A DNA stretch of 64,000 nt from Alphaproteobacteria bacterium (GTDB lineage: Bacteria; Pseudomonadota; Alphaproteobacteria; MPNO01; UBA830), in contig OZ251539.1 of assembly GCA_965243135.1 (NCBI GenBank), forward strand, positions 3,200,001 to 3,264,000. Direction: 5' to 3'. The position numbers and the translations under genes are program-made. Numbering within the stretch: position 1 is the first letter of the stretch; every line of letters starts with the position of its first letter. This document shows positions 10,934 through 20,970 of this stretch, in pieces. Below the pieces are notes generated by a model that saw only the letters and a list, made by a program, of their open reading frames with translations, was not told the DNA's origin and made no database searches.

Positions 10934-12784
10934 TCAAACCTGAACGGGCTCCTCAAGCAGATTGGAAAAGAACCCTGCCTCGGGATTGCCGGGCAGCCCC
11001 ACGAGCGTCGACCGATCGAGAAACCGGTTGTATTCCTCGCAGGCTGTTTCAGGCGCCATCACGCAGGCATGGCACGCCGCCAGAGAAAGTCTGTCGGCAG
11101 CGGAAATCATCCCCTCGATACACAGAGGGTCGGACGAACACCATTCCATCGCCCGAATCGCTGCGACCACCGCACGTTCCGCACGCAGAGATTCTCCCTG
11201 GCGCTGCAATCCGCCAAGCGTTCCATCCGAACCGGAGGTCGCGGTGTAGATCAGGACGCCAGCCATTTCTTCCGGGTCTTCGTCCACGTACAGGCGCTCC
11301 CGCAACGCGGCCGTCGAGTAACCGCTTTCGAGAGTGAGTTGCCTCATGAGCGCGTGGGAAAATGTATGGACCATGAGGAAACGGGGCGTGATGCTCCGGG
11401 AAGGCTTTGCCTCCCCGTGGCGCTCCCTCCATTCCAGCTTCCATGCATCGTCGACTTTGCGGGCGCGTTCCATCACACGATCCTGTTTTTCCCAGGACCG
11501 TAGGGATTCCAGGTTGAAGGCAAGAAAAATCCCTTCTCCACGAACCTCGATCGCCGGGAGCCATTCCTTGCGAGCGGCCGAAAGCGGTGAAATTCCGGAA
11601 CTGTCTTCTGCATCCGGCGGATTTATTCTTGTGAAACCGTTCAACGCTCGCACTTCGCGCAATCGTACGACGCGCACTACGCGAGCGAAGAACGGGCGGA
11701 GCCGTTCGGGAATCGCTACGTTTCGAACCTCGAAGTCCTCGGCTTCGGGAGCGGTCGTATCCGAAGACAGCTGGCGATACTCCTCGCCGCGTATATCCAG
11801 AGTTGCGTCGTCGCTGTATATTTCAAGCCGGTTCTTGACCTCTCGAATCAGATCGTCGGCGCTCAGGTTCAATTCGGCTAGCGCCGTACTCAATTTCCCT
11901 CTGGCAAGTATACGAACGAAATCTGCCTGATCCGCTGGTTGAGTTTCGACGATGAGATGCCAGTAGGTTCCGAGGGCCTGCTGGAGCCGGTCCGTCCATG
12001 GCGGGATGCTGAGGGCGGACTCGATGACGGGAAAGTACAAGTTCGACGCGCCACGCTGCAAGGCTCTCGGGCGAGCGTCGCAGTCCTCGTTTGCGCCCGC
12101 AAGCCAGGGACGCCTTCCGCGACAGCGAACGCCTTGCCATGTCCCAGCGCTGAATATCCCGTCCATTGATCTGCTCGCCTTGCACGAGCGACATCGCAGT
12201 ATCAAGCCGGCCAGCCCGGGGCGTTCCGCCCGAAGTTGCAAGCGTGCTCTTTCCTTTTCCTCGCAATCCGGAGCGTGTCGGACCCACAGATGCCACGGAA
12301 AGTCGTCGAGGTGTCCCTTGTCGCAGGCCATAACGAAACGCGTCGGTACAACGAATTCCTCTCGCTGACCGGGGTTTGTCGCCGTGCATCCAGCGCAGTA
12401 GCGATAAGTCCGGCCCGCGACTTGGGCCCATGAGTTCGCCGGCGCGATGCGGTTGCATTGCGGACACAGAAGCCATTCGGGAAAACGTGCCGCGACGAGG
12501 GATCGCGTGTCGGGATTGCCGTTGTCGTCTCGCCAGTTTTCGTCGACGACAGGTGGCACGCGAAACCCGCCCACCAACAACTTCCGCTGCAATCTCGGCT
12601 CGGCGATTTTCTGCGGGTTGGCCAGTCCCGCCGGCGGAAAGCGTTTGTCCCATTCCTCAAGACCGGCCGCGACTGCCGATACGGGCGCTCCGTCGGCACG
12701 AAAATCCACCACGGAGCCGGGCCCGAAATTCATCACCGCAGCGCTTCGCCGCACTTTGCCCAAAATATTGTCAACCATCGGCAT
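10934..12784 (-). CDS. drmB: DrmB-like DUF1998 protein (DISARM-type)
   Basis: N-terminal VRRSAAVMNFGPGSVVD, CPQC and RFVMACDKGHLDDFPW. C-terminal HTFSHALMRQL...GTLGGL...CSSDPLC...AACHAC...ETACEEYNRFLDR is the DUF1998 Zn motif. Confidence 0.88.
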   Translation of the reverse strand: MPMVDNILGKVRRSAAVMNFGPGSVVDFRADGAPVSAVAAGLEEWDKRFPPAGLANPQKIAEPRLQRKLLVGGFRVPPVVDENWRDDNGNPDTRSLVAARFPEWLLCPQCNRIAPANSWAQVAGRTYRYCAGCTATNPGQREEFVVPTRFVMACDKGHLDDFPWHLWVRHAPDCEEKERARLQLRAERPGLAGLILRCRSCKASRSMDGIFSAGTWQGVRCRGRRPWLAGANEDCDARPRALQRGASNLYFPVIESALSIPPWTDRLQQALGTYWHLIVETQPADQADFVRILARGKLSTALAELNLSADDLIREVKNRLEIYSDDATLDIRGEEYRQLSSDTTAPEAEDFEVRNVAIPERLRPFFARVVRVVRLREVRALNGFTRINPPDAEDSSGISPLSAARKEWLPAIEVRGEGIFLAFNLESLRSWEKQDRVMERARKVDDAWKLEWRERHGEAKPSRSITPRFLMVHTFSHALMRQLTLESGYSTAALRERLYVDEDPEEMAGVLIYTATSGSDGTLGGLQRQGESLRAERAVVAAIRAMEWCSSDPLCIEGMISAADRLSLAACHACVMAPETACEEYNRFLDRSTLVGLPGNPEAGFFSNLLEEPVQV

Positions 12785-15700
12785 TCACTTCCGGCTGGCT
12801 TGCGCGAAGCCATTCCGCGAGTTTGAACCTCGTCGAGGGTTCGACGTCGCGCATGCTGTTCAGGGTGGGCCACGCCTCGCCGGGCATTCGTCCGATCGTG
12901 CGAAGCATCGCTGCGCGTTCGGCATCCTGAAGCAGGGAAATCCGGGTGTTGCGGTGCCAGTAGCTCTCGGGTTTACGCCTCTTCCATGCTCCAAGACAGC
13001 GCTCCAGTTCCGTCCTCACGTCGTTTTCCTCGGGATCGATCCGGCGGGCCCGTTCTACGATGTAATCTATAAAACTCAATGCCGCATGAAGCGCTTCGTC
13101 GTCGAATTTTGGATGGCTGAGCGTTCCGGGGGCCAGATGCCGGACCAGTGCAACCAGCACGGCGTGAAGCGCGCGATCGCGCGCACGGGAGGCGAACGGC
13201 GTTACGCTTGTCGGCTCCACGTCGCGATAGAGCGTTTGGTGCCAAGTGGAAAAGGTTTCATAACGCGAACGGTCGCGCGCCTTGGCATTGTTGAGCAACG
13301 ACACCACAAGGCCGGGAATGCGGCCTCGTCCGACACGGCTGGTCGCTTGGATATATTCCGCGATTCCCTTGGGTTGGCCGTTGACCAGCATCAATCCCAG
13401 GCGAGGTATGTCGACGCCGACACTGAGCATGTTCGTTGCCAGCGCAACGTCGAGGGCAGCATTGTCGTCCCCGGCCGAGGTTTCGAGCTTGACCAGCATA
13501 TCCCTGATCTCCTCCTGGGTTCGTCTTGAAGTCAGCTCTTCGATGCATTCCGGTTCCCTAGCATCTTCCCGTCGCCTGTCGGCGAGTACGCTCAGACTGT
13601 CGTTGACGTCGTCCCGCATAAGGGCGAGCGCGCCTCCCAGTTCCCGCAGCGAATTGAAGTAGGAAACCAGCGTCCAGTAGGGATCCCGAGTCTGATCGTC
13701 GTCCGTGCCGCCCTCTGCGGATTGGAGAAGCGACGCGGCAACCGCCTGAAGGGCGAACTTCGCCGACCGCCCGGCCGTTGTCACCGCCGCATAAACGCGG
13801 CCGGGCGAATCCGGATCCTCGACAGCGAAACCGGAATCTCCCGCATTCAGGCATGGCGGCGGAAATTGCTCGGTCTTGCGGTCGAACAGCGCCCTGACCT
13901 GTTCCGGAGCACGGCGAATTGTCGCGGTCGAGCCAATAATCTTGGGCCGAGAACCGTCGTTGGCGAACATGCAGTCGATTGCAGCCTCGTACAGACCGGC
14001 GACCGTTCCCAACGGCCCGGAAATCAAGTGCAGTTCGTCCTGGAGAACCAGATCCGGCGGACAACGGCCGTCCAGTCCGAAAAGCTCATTTACTTCCGCT
14101 CGCCGGACGATCTGGGCGAATTTGTCGATGGTGCCGATAAGAAGGGTCGGCCGTTCCCGGTAAACGTCCTCATCGACGGTCCAGACAGGAAGCGGTTCAT
14201 CCGGATGAAAGAGAATGCAGGCTTCATGAAGACAACGAACGTGTATGGCATCGCGCATCGCAGTGGAAGACCATTGCAATTTCTTTTGGCACGCGGGGCA
14301 ATTCAACAGTTGCTCCGGCGTTGGCTGACTTCTGGTCGCCAGCGCATCAGCTGCTTGGCGGATGCCGTTCGGTGTCGCTTCGCCGCCAACCCAGAGACCG
14401 GCCGAGAAAGGTACACTGCCAAGATCTCCGGTTTCGATATCACCGGCGCTTCCGCGCCGGATCGCCTCGCAGGCGAGCATGACGGAACAGGCGCGCGTAA
14501 ACTGTTGCGTCGTAAGCAGCCGCAGCGTGTAACGCATGACGGCGACCACGCCCGCACCGGCATCCGGCCCTTCCGAAGCGGCGAGTCGGCGATAGAACGC
14601 CAGAAAGGCGATCAGCGCGAGATAGGCTTCTGTCTTGCCGCCGCCGGTCGGAAACCACAGCAGATCCATTACGGCGCGGTCAGGATGTTCCCGATCGACG
14701 ACCGAGTCCGCGGCCATGAGAATGAAACCCAGCTGGAAGGGTCTCCAGTTGAGAGATCCGCCTGCGCCCTTTATTGGATCCCAGCCGTATTGAAGGTCCA
14801 TCGCCATGTTGGCCAAGCGAAACGCTCGCGAAGCTTCGGGATCCCGGACAATGCGCACGACGCCGTCCGATATGCGTTTCAGAACCCTTCTGCAGGTCTG
14901 GATGTTGCATTCGGCCTGCTCCCGAAATTCCTGAGGTATGTCGCCGAGACCCGCCTCCTGTAATTCGATCCACCGCTCGTACGTCTCCGGCATCATCGTT
15001 AACGCCTCGTCCAGTTCCTGCTGCGTCGCGTGCGCGAGCCATCGGGCAGACAGAGGTTGTCGCTTCCCGTCCTGGCGCAAGGCATCGAAGAGAGCGTGAC
15101 CCTCGGGGCTGGTTCCCGGCACCTTGACGCGCGGTACCCATGTTATGCCAACCATGATGGCGAACTCCGGATCCGGTCCGACCTCCCGTTTCGCCGAGCA
15201 TGTATGTCCGGTCGCAAACTCACGGGTGCTGCGATAGAGCAGCTCCGCGCTCCGGTCGTCATCATCGAGAACGACTCTCCGGGATGGCCGGGCAACGAGT
15301 CTTGTCCCCTCTGACGGCCGGATTTCCATTTCAACCTGAAAAAACGTCAGCCCCTCAATTCCTTCGCGTCCCTTGTCCTCGTCGGGTCGTGCGACATTCA
15401 CCAAGGTGATAGTCGCGAGGGTTCCCCCGGTCCAGGGCACCGTCCGGACGTGCAACTTCGCCTCCTCCGGTAATTCCTCGAGTGCGACAAACCCGGCGTC
15501 CCTGTCCAAGGCAAGCCGTACCGTTCCATCGTGGAAGAGCCTTCGCCAACGCTTTTCGAACCTGCCCTCGGACTGTCCATCCACTTCAACGGGCTCGTAG
15601 GTCGCGAAGCGGACCCTTACGGTCACGACGGGAGAACCCTCGTTCAATCCGACAGCGAAAGAAACGCCGGCAGAACAGGGACGCGCCTGCCCGAACACCG

Positions 15701-15914
15701 GGGTTTCTTCTTCCTCCGCCGTCCCGCCAGCATGATTATCCTCGTTTCCGCCGGAATTACCGAGCCTGTCGTCTTCCTCGCCGCCCATTCTGGCTTCCTG
15801 CGGCCAGAGTACGCCGGTCAGATAGACATCGGACGGGCGGGATGCCAGTTCCTCGTTGTCGTCATCCGGGCCGATCAGATCTCTTTCCAGCCGTTCCAGC
15901 AACAGGTCGCGCAT
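12771..15914 (-). CDS. drmA: DrmA-like SF2 helicase (DISARM-type)
   Basis: WRPFQLGF, FPTGGGKTEAY, RYTLRLLTTQQF, GTIDKFAQ, QDELHLISGPLGT, STAT, ATNMLSVGVDIPRLG and YIQATSRVGR. Overlaps drmB. Confidence 0.9.
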   Translation of the reverse strand: MRDLLLERLERDLIGPDDDNEELASRPSDVYLTGVLWPQEARMGGEEDDRLGNSGGNEDNHAGGTAEEEETPVFGQARPCSAGVSFAVGLNEGSPVVTVRVRFATYEPVEVDGQSEGRFEKRWRRLFHDGTVRLALDRDAGFVALEELPEEAKLHVRTVPWTGGTLATITLVNVARPDEDKGREGIEGLTFFQVEMEIRPSEGTRLVARPSRRVVLDDDDRSAELLYRSTREFATGHTCSAKREVGPDPEFAIMVGITWVPRVKVPGTSPEGHALFDALRQDGKRQPLSARWLAHATQQELDEALTMMPETYERWIELQEAGLGDIPQEFREQAECNIQTCRRVLKRISDGVVRIVRDPEASRAFRLANMAMDLQYGWDPIKGAGGSLNWRPFQLGFILMAADSVVDREHPDRAVMDLLWFPTGGGKTEAYLALIAFLAFYRRLAASEGPDAGAGVVAVMRYTLRLLTTQQFTRACSVMLACEAIRRGSAGDIETGDLGSVPFSAGLWVGGEATPNGIRQAADALATRSQPTPEQLLNCPACQKKLQWSSTAMRDAIHVRCLHEACILFHPDEPLPVWTVDEDVYRERPTLLIGTIDKFAQIVRRAEVNELFGLDGRCPPDLVLQDELHLISGPLGTVAGLYEAAIDCMFANDGSRPKIIGSTATIRRAPEQVRALFDRKTEQFPPPCLNAGDSGFAVEDPDSPGRVYAAVTTAGRSAKFALQAVAASLLQSAEGGTDDDQTRDPYWTLVSYFNSLRELGGALALMRDDVNDSLSVLADRRREDAREPECIEELTSRRTQEEIRDMLVKLETSAGDDNAALDVALATNMLSVGVDIPRLGLMLVNGQPKGIAEYIQATSRVGRGRIPGLVVSLLNNAKARDRSRYETFSTWHQTLYRDVEPTSVTPFASRARDRALHAVLVALVRHLAPGTLSHPKFDDEALHAALSFIDYIVERARRIDPEENDVRTELERCLGAWKRRKPESYWHRNTRISLLQDAERAAMLRTIGRMPGEAWPTLNSMRDVEPSTRFKLAEWLRASQPEVNADG

Positions 15915-15915
15915 G

Positions 15916-17802
15916 TCACTTCTTCCAGCTATGGGATTTTCTTTTCGGGAACGATATCGTAGGGTAGCCCAGAATGAGCGGTGCCAAAAGTACTCCGCTT
16001 TGGGACCATGGCTCGTGCAGACGTTCGCATTCCGGCGATTCCGGCGGCAAGACGATGGTGCGCAATCCCCACAAGTGGAGAAAAGGGATAAAGTTCGGCG
16101 GGCGAAGTTTGGGCGTCTTGTGCCTGTGTTTTACATCCTTCGCGATCTTGAAAAGATCGCTGTTTACCTCGTTGGAAAGGATACCCAAGCAAGGCCCTTC
16201 TTCAATCTCCCCGAACCGGTACAGAAACTTTGTATCTGGATCCGACTTCGCCTTGAGCGGAAGCATCGCACCAACCATTCTAAGAAGATTCTGGTTGCGT
16301 TGAACTTCGTCCGCCGAGGCGAAAACTGACCGCCCTGCCAATCCTTCTGCTGTGACATCTCCTTCAAGCCCGATCTCCACCTGCGCACGCGGACCGTCCC
16401 TCTTTCTGAGAACGCGATACGCCCTGCCGGATTCCAGTTTGCTTGCAATACCCCGGTAACTGCTTCCCGACAACAATTTCGATCTTGCCCGCGTGGCGCC
16501 GACAAATATAACGCGCGCCTCCTCTTCCTGATCTGTGGTTCCGCTGTAATTTGGCGGAATCATCAGGTGGACGGTATTGGCTTCCCTACCTTTCGACGCA
16601 TGAATCGTTCCGATTATCGGCCCGTTGTCTCCCAGCTCGGGCGAACAGAGGTCCACCGGGGGGCGTCTGCGACCGAGACGGTTACGCAGGTCACGCATGC
16701 TTACGGTTCGCCCCCTCCTTCCAACCCCGGCGAGCCGTACAAGCCGGGCCCACGCTCCATAGCAATCCTCGGACAAGGAGATATCGTCCGGCACTCTGCC
16801 TTCCCAAAGCATCTCGAATTTCTTTTGCGTCAGTCGCGCTTCGGTATAATCGGCCAATACCATTCCGATCCAAGGCGTCAATATTTGCGGCAATCCCGAC
16901 ATCCGTATTCTGTGAGGAACACCGGCGTTCACAAGATAAGATGATCGTTGGAGAACATCCGCCCTGCGGCGGTAAAGAACGAAAGCGTCGTTCCCCATAT
17001 CGCGAATTCGCTCGTTTTCCTTGTTGTCGGTTGATTCGTGCGCATAGCGTTCCACCTTTTTAACCACATCCTTCAGGTGAGTCTGTTTATCGGGAGACGA
17101 CAGCACAGTGCGACGCACTTTCGTGAAAATTTTTTTCAGTTTCTTCGAGTCTGTGCGATAAACTTTTTCGAGATCGTGTTTATCGAATGGTTTCCCGGTC
17201 CAATGTTTTATCCTTGCGGCGAGGGTTTGTTCTCCATCCTCGCTCTCCTCAACTTCCCGGTCATCCGCAAATCCGTAAATCGCTTGCGCTTCATCGGCAA
17301 AAACCGTGACCCCGCAGTTGTCGGAAAGCTTCTCGATGAATGCGGCCAGCAGGTCGGAGCGCATGCCGACGATATCCTGAGCTTCGTCTACGATCAAATG
17401 TTCCAGCTGTTCGAGGTATTCCGACACTCCCGTGTTGCTCCGCACCAGATCAAGTACCCGTTTAATGTTTTCTTCGTAAGATCCAAGAATTTTGGCATCT
17501 TCGTCGAAACCGGAATGGATGGTCCATGCGTGCGAATCCAGCGTAGCGATTTTCACCGTGAAGGCATCCGCATCGTTTTCCATATATTCGGCTATCCTGT
17601 CGCGAATCTCGTTGACCGCGGTTCGGGTGAAGCTGATCAGCCATATGTTGCTCGCGGCCAGATCCTCGCCGACCAGCCACGCTACCCTCGCGCAGGCCAC
17701 AGCCGTTTTTCCGGTGCCCGGCCCGGCGCTGACGTGCAGCCGGGCCGAGGGAGCAGCCTCGATAATCTCTCTCTGGGAGCGGTGCCACTTTACGTCAGAC
17801 AT
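15916..17802 (-). CDS. UvrD/Rep-like SF1 helicase with unknown C-terminal extension
   Basis: AGPGTGKT, ISFTRTA, DEAQD, QAIYGF, TIHASKGREA and EEARVIFVGATRAR motifs. Start placed at MSDVKW (GAGGA RBS). Confidence 0.88.
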   Translation of the reverse strand: MSDVKWHRSQREIIEAAPSARLHVSAGPGTGKTAVACARVAWLVGEDLAASNIWLISFTRTAVNEIRDRIAEYMENDADAFTVKIATLDSHAWTIHSGFDEDAKILGSYEENIKRVLDLVRSNTGVSEYLEQLEHLIVDEAQDIVGMRSDLLAAFIEKLSDNCGVTVFADEAQAIYGFADDREVEESEDGEQTLAARIKHWTGKPFDKHDLEKVYRTDSKKLKKIFTKVRRTVLSSPDKQTHLKDVVKKVERYAHESTDNKENERIRDMGNDAFVLYRRRADVLQRSSYLVNAGVPHRIRMSGLPQILTPWIGMVLADYTEARLTQKKFEMLWEGRVPDDISLSEDCYGAWARLVRLAGVGRRGRTVSMRDLRNRLGRRRPPVDLCSPELGDNGPIIGTIHASKGREANTVHLMIPPNYSGTTDQEEEARVIFVGATRARSKLLSGSSYRGIASKLESGRAYRVLRKRDGPRAQVEIGLEGDVTAEGLAGRSVFASADEVQRNQNLLRMVGAMLPLKAKSDPDTKFLYRFGEIEEGPCLGILSNEVNSDLFKIAKDVKHRHKTPKLRPPNFIPFLHLWGLRTIVLPPESPECERLHEPWSQSGVLLAPLILGYPTISFPKRKSHSWKK

Positions 17803-17909
17803 GTCGATCCTCGCATTACGTCGACCGGGGCGAGTATAGGCCGCTTGCACGAGACGTGCCGCGCCGTTCCCTTTGCCCTGCGGCAAACCGCTCCCGTCGA
17901 TCCGGCGGA

Positions 17910-19103
17910 TCAGACGGCGCGGCGCACTTGCCCGACGAAGCTCTCAAGAGTTAGCAGATGCGGACGAACGGATGCGGGAAATTTTACGGCGAGAGGCTCG
18001 GGAACCACGAGCCGGACGCCGGACGCGGTCATCTCCCGGAACTGGGACTCGGACACGCCTTCCTGCAACGTGAGGAGATCCTTGCGTTCGATCCGCGCCG
18101 CCTCGTTGAGAATCTGCCGCCACCGGTCGCGGCATGTGGTCTTGACGGCGAGCATACGCAGGCGCCCGGCAGGGAAGCCGGGGTTGCGGTAGGCTTCGGC
18201 CGAGGGAAAGAGGAAATCGGGGCGATGGCCGGGCTCGGACTCCGCCTGCCAGGAAAATTGCCGTCCCTCTTCCAGCCCCTCTTCGAGGAATATCTTCCGG
18301 ATATGGAGTTCGAGCGACCGCCCGGATCTCGACTTGCGCCGCTGGAGTATCGGCTGGGCGAGCCTGGCGAAAGCTTCGACGCTGTCCACGTGGTTTCCGA
18401 AGTCGTGGATTTTCGGGAACTCGATGGCCTGTTCCACGCTCCGGAACAGCACGAGTTCGCAGTCCCGCCGACGAAGCAGCCGACGATCGACCCCGAAACC
18501 GGGCCGCAACCCGGCAGCCTTCTCGACAAGTTCCGTCGGAGAAGGAAATTTTTCCAGCCACTCCGGCGGCATCTCTTCGGGTTCCAGCCAGCAATCGGCC
18601 TGGATCTCCCGTTCCCCGAAACCGGCATCGCCTGCGGGATGCCACAGCCACCATTTCCCGGGCTCGGTCGGACCGATGCGATCCTGCACGACCTCTTCTT
18701 CGGCCTCGTCCCGGCATACCCAGACGCGGCACGCGGCGCCATCGAATACGAAGACGCAGAGTGCGCCGGTGTTTTCCGGGTCGAGCAGCGCCGACGCCGC
18801 GCCGCCGAGATTGGTGATGCGCGCTTCGTTCCGGGTGCCGCCGCGAAGCATGTTGTTGTACCAGACCGCCCGCACGAGCCGCCGGTCGCCGTGCGACGCG
18901 ATATCGAGGTCGAACCGGACATCGGGATTCGCCTCGTCCGGACGGTTCAGCCCGGGCAGCAGCCGCAGCAGGAGATCGCGCGGAACGTAAGGTCCGGCCT
19001 GATGCGCGCCGTTGGCCAGCGTGTCGTTTCCCGACAGGCGCTTCGCGAACCACGCAAAACCCCGGCGGGAATGCTCGTCGAGCCAGTCCCGGAGTTCAGG
19101 CAT
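17910..19103 (-). CDS. EcoRII-like type IIE restriction endonuclease
   Basis: N-terminal effector domain KRLSGNDT..HQAGPY..TRNEARIT. C-terminal catalytic domain RRKSRSGRSLE...PDFLFP...LAVKTTCRDRWRQILNEA. Confidence 0.9.
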   Translation of the reverse strand: MPELRDWLDEHSRRGFAWFAKRLSGNDTLANGAHQAGPYVPRDLLLRLLPGLNRPDEANPDVRFDLDIASHGDRRLVRAVWYNNMLRGGTRNEARITNLGGAASALLDPENTGALCVFVFDGAACRVWVCRDEAEEEVVQDRIGPTEPGKWWLWHPAGDAGFGEREIQADCWLEPEEMPPEWLEKFPSPTELVEKAAGLRPGFGVDRRLLRRRDCELVLFRSVEQAIEFPKIHDFGNHVDSVEAFARLAQPILQRRKSRSGRSLELHIRKIFLEEGLEEGRQFSWQAESEPGHRPDFLFPSAEAYRNPGFPAGRLRMLAVKTTCRDRWRQILNEAARIERKDLLTLQEGVSESQFREMTASGVRLVVPEPLAVKFPASVRPHLLTLESFVGQVRRAV

Positions 19104-19551
19104 CGCCCTTCAGCTCGAGATATCCGTCGCCGGATCGCAGCCATCGGGCCGCCTCTTCTGAAACCTCGTCCCCGCCGCGTTTCAGCCGTCCCTTCAGCGC
19201 GCACTCCCAGACCACGAGAACGCGCCATCCCGCATCCCTGAGGCGCACGAGATTTCCGGCGTCCCTCTCGCGATTCCCCGAAATCTTCTCCTTCCAGAAC
19301 TCGGTCCGCGAAGCCGGCCACTTGAACAGGTGGCAACCATGGCCGTGCCAGAAACAGCCGTGCACGAGAATCACGGCTTTCAGCCCCGGGAATACCAGAT
19401 CCGGCTTGCCGGGCAGTTTCCGGTCGTGCAGCCGGTACCGGAATCCCCTGGCGTGAAGACCGCGGCGCACGACCAGCTCGGGACGCGTGTCCTTTCCCCG
19501 GATGCCCGACATCATGCGGCTCCGCGTCTCCCGGTCAACGACGTCAGCCAA
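19096..19551 (-). CDS. vsr: Very-short-patch repair endonuclease
   Basis: DVVDRETRSRMMSGIRGKDTRPE, LPGKPDLV, HGCFWHGH, FWKEKISGNRERD and VWECAL. The TTG start overlaps the MTase stop. Confidence 0.95.
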   Translation of the reverse strand: MADVVDRETRSRMMSGIRGKDTRPELVVRRGLHARGFRYRLHDRKLPGKPDLVFPGLKAVILVHGCFWHGHGCHLFKWPASRTEFWKEKISGNRERDAGNLVRLRDAGWRVLVVWECALKGRLKRGGDEVSEEAARWLRSGDGYLELKGDA

Positions 19552-20821
19552 AGAGCGGCAACTCCCGCTGGCGGAGATCTCCGCCGGCAATCTCCGGGAC
19601 GCCCAGCCACGGCGCCATGTGGCGGGCTACGGCCTCGACGCAGGGAACGACCACGGCGTTGCCGAACTGCCGGTACGCCTGGGTATCGGAGACGGGGATG
19701 GCGAAGGAGCTTTCGCCGGGTTTCTCGAAACCCATCAGCCGCGCGCATTCGCGCGGCGTCAGCCGCCTCGGGTTGCGCCCGTCCTGCCTCACGAGGATCT
19801 CGGACCCGTCCTTGTAGTAGCGCGCCGAAAGGGTGCGGGTGACGTCCTCGGGGCCGACGAGGCCGTAGCCGAAACCGTTGCCCGCCGCCCGATGCTTCAT
19901 CGCGTACGACTGGAGGTAGTTCCAGAGATGGTCCGACAACGTGTACTTGCCGACGACCGCCGCTCTTTCGCCCTCGGTGAACGGGCTCTCGGCCGGCTCG
20001 CTGCCGTCCTCCGGGTGCAGCACGCTCCGCAGCCGCGGGCCTCCCGCGGGCGCGTCCAGGTCGTCGAAAGTGAAACCGTTCGGTTCCCGGAACCCGGCGA
20101 TGAAGATCCGTTCGCGATGCTGCGGCACCCACGGTTTGGCGTCGAGCACCCTGCAATGGACCTGATAGCCCAGCTCTTCCGTCAGGGTCCGCCGCATGAT
20201 CGCGAAGGTCCGTCCGCGATCGTGGCTGAGGAGGTTCTTGACGTTCTCCAGCAGGAAGGCGCGGGGACGATGCGCCTCGACGATCCGGGCCACGTCGAAG
20301 AAAAGCGTTCCCTGCGCCTCGCAGCGGAAGCCGTGCGGCCGGTTGAGCGCGTTCTTCTTGGACACGCCCGCGATCGAAAACGGCTGGCACGGAAAGCCGG
20401 CGAGCAGGAGGTCGTGTTCCGGGATGTCGCCGACGGAGATCCCGGTGATGTCGCCGGCGATTTCGTGATCGCAATCGTGGTTGGCGGCATAGGTGAACCG
20501 GGCGTACCGGTTCCATTCGCAGGTGTAGACGCAACGGCCGCCGAGCGGTTCGAAGCCGCGCCGCAACCCGCCGATTCCCGCGAACAGATCGACGAAGCGG
20601 AAGGGCGGATCGTTGGCCGCCGGTAGACGAGCGGCGCTTGCCAGCCGGTCCAGGTAATGGATCGCAGCCTTCCGAGGCGGATGCTCGCCGCGATCCCACC
20701 GGTATACCGTGCGGGCGGAGAACCCGATTCGGTCTGCGAGCTGCTCGATCGACAGTCCTGCCCTCTCCCTCAGCAGGGCGAATTCGGACGTAGCGGGATT
20801 TGCGATCATCAAGGCTTCCAT
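19544..20821 (-). CDS. dcm: Dcm/M.EcoRII-like C5 methyltransferase with N-terminal XRE HTH
   Basis: HTH LRERAGLSIEQLADRIGFSARTVYRWDRG, then DLFAGIGG, GFPCQPFS, ENV and QHRER. The target-recognition region GNGFGYGLV...RTLSARYYKDGSEIL matches Dcm (CCWGG predicted). Ends with QFGNAVVVP. Confidence 0.93.
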   Translation of the reverse strand: MEALMIANPATSEFALLRERAGLSIEQLADRIGFSARTVYRWDRGEHPPRKAAIHYLDRLASAARLPAANDPPFRFVDLFAGIGGLRRGFEPLGGRCVYTCEWNRYARFTYAANHDCDHEIAGDITGISVGDIPEHDLLLAGFPCQPFSIAGVSKKNALNRPHGFRCEAQGTLFFDVARIVEAHRPRAFLLENVKNLLSHDRGRTFAIMRRTLTEELGYQVHCRVLDAKPWVPQHRERIFIAGFREPNGFTFDDLDAPAGGPRLRSVLHPEDGSEPAESPFTEGERAAVVGKYTLSDHLWNYLQSYAMKHRAAGNGFGYGLVGPEDVTRTLSARYYKDGSEILVRQDGRNPRRLTPRECARLMGFEKPGESSFAIPVSDTQAYRQFGNAVVVPCVEAVARHMAPWLGVPEIAGGDLRQRELPLFG

Positions 20822-20835
20822 TAGGGGAATAATTT

Positions 20836-20868
20836 TGACATAGTGACAGTCTTTCTCACAGATGTAAA
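20836..20868 (-). promoter_or_regulatory. Putative promoter/operator of the dcm operon
   Basis: Minus strand TTTACA-17 bp-CACTAT. TGACA direct repeats and an imperfect GTGA..TCAC palindrome overlap it. Confidence 0.35.
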
Positions 20869-20970
20869 GAGATGCGATTCGGCCGGACAAAAAAAATTCT
20901 GCGCTTCGGACGCTTCCGCTCGCTGCGACGCCGCGCTTGCGAGGACTGCCGACGCTGCCGCGGCACGGAA

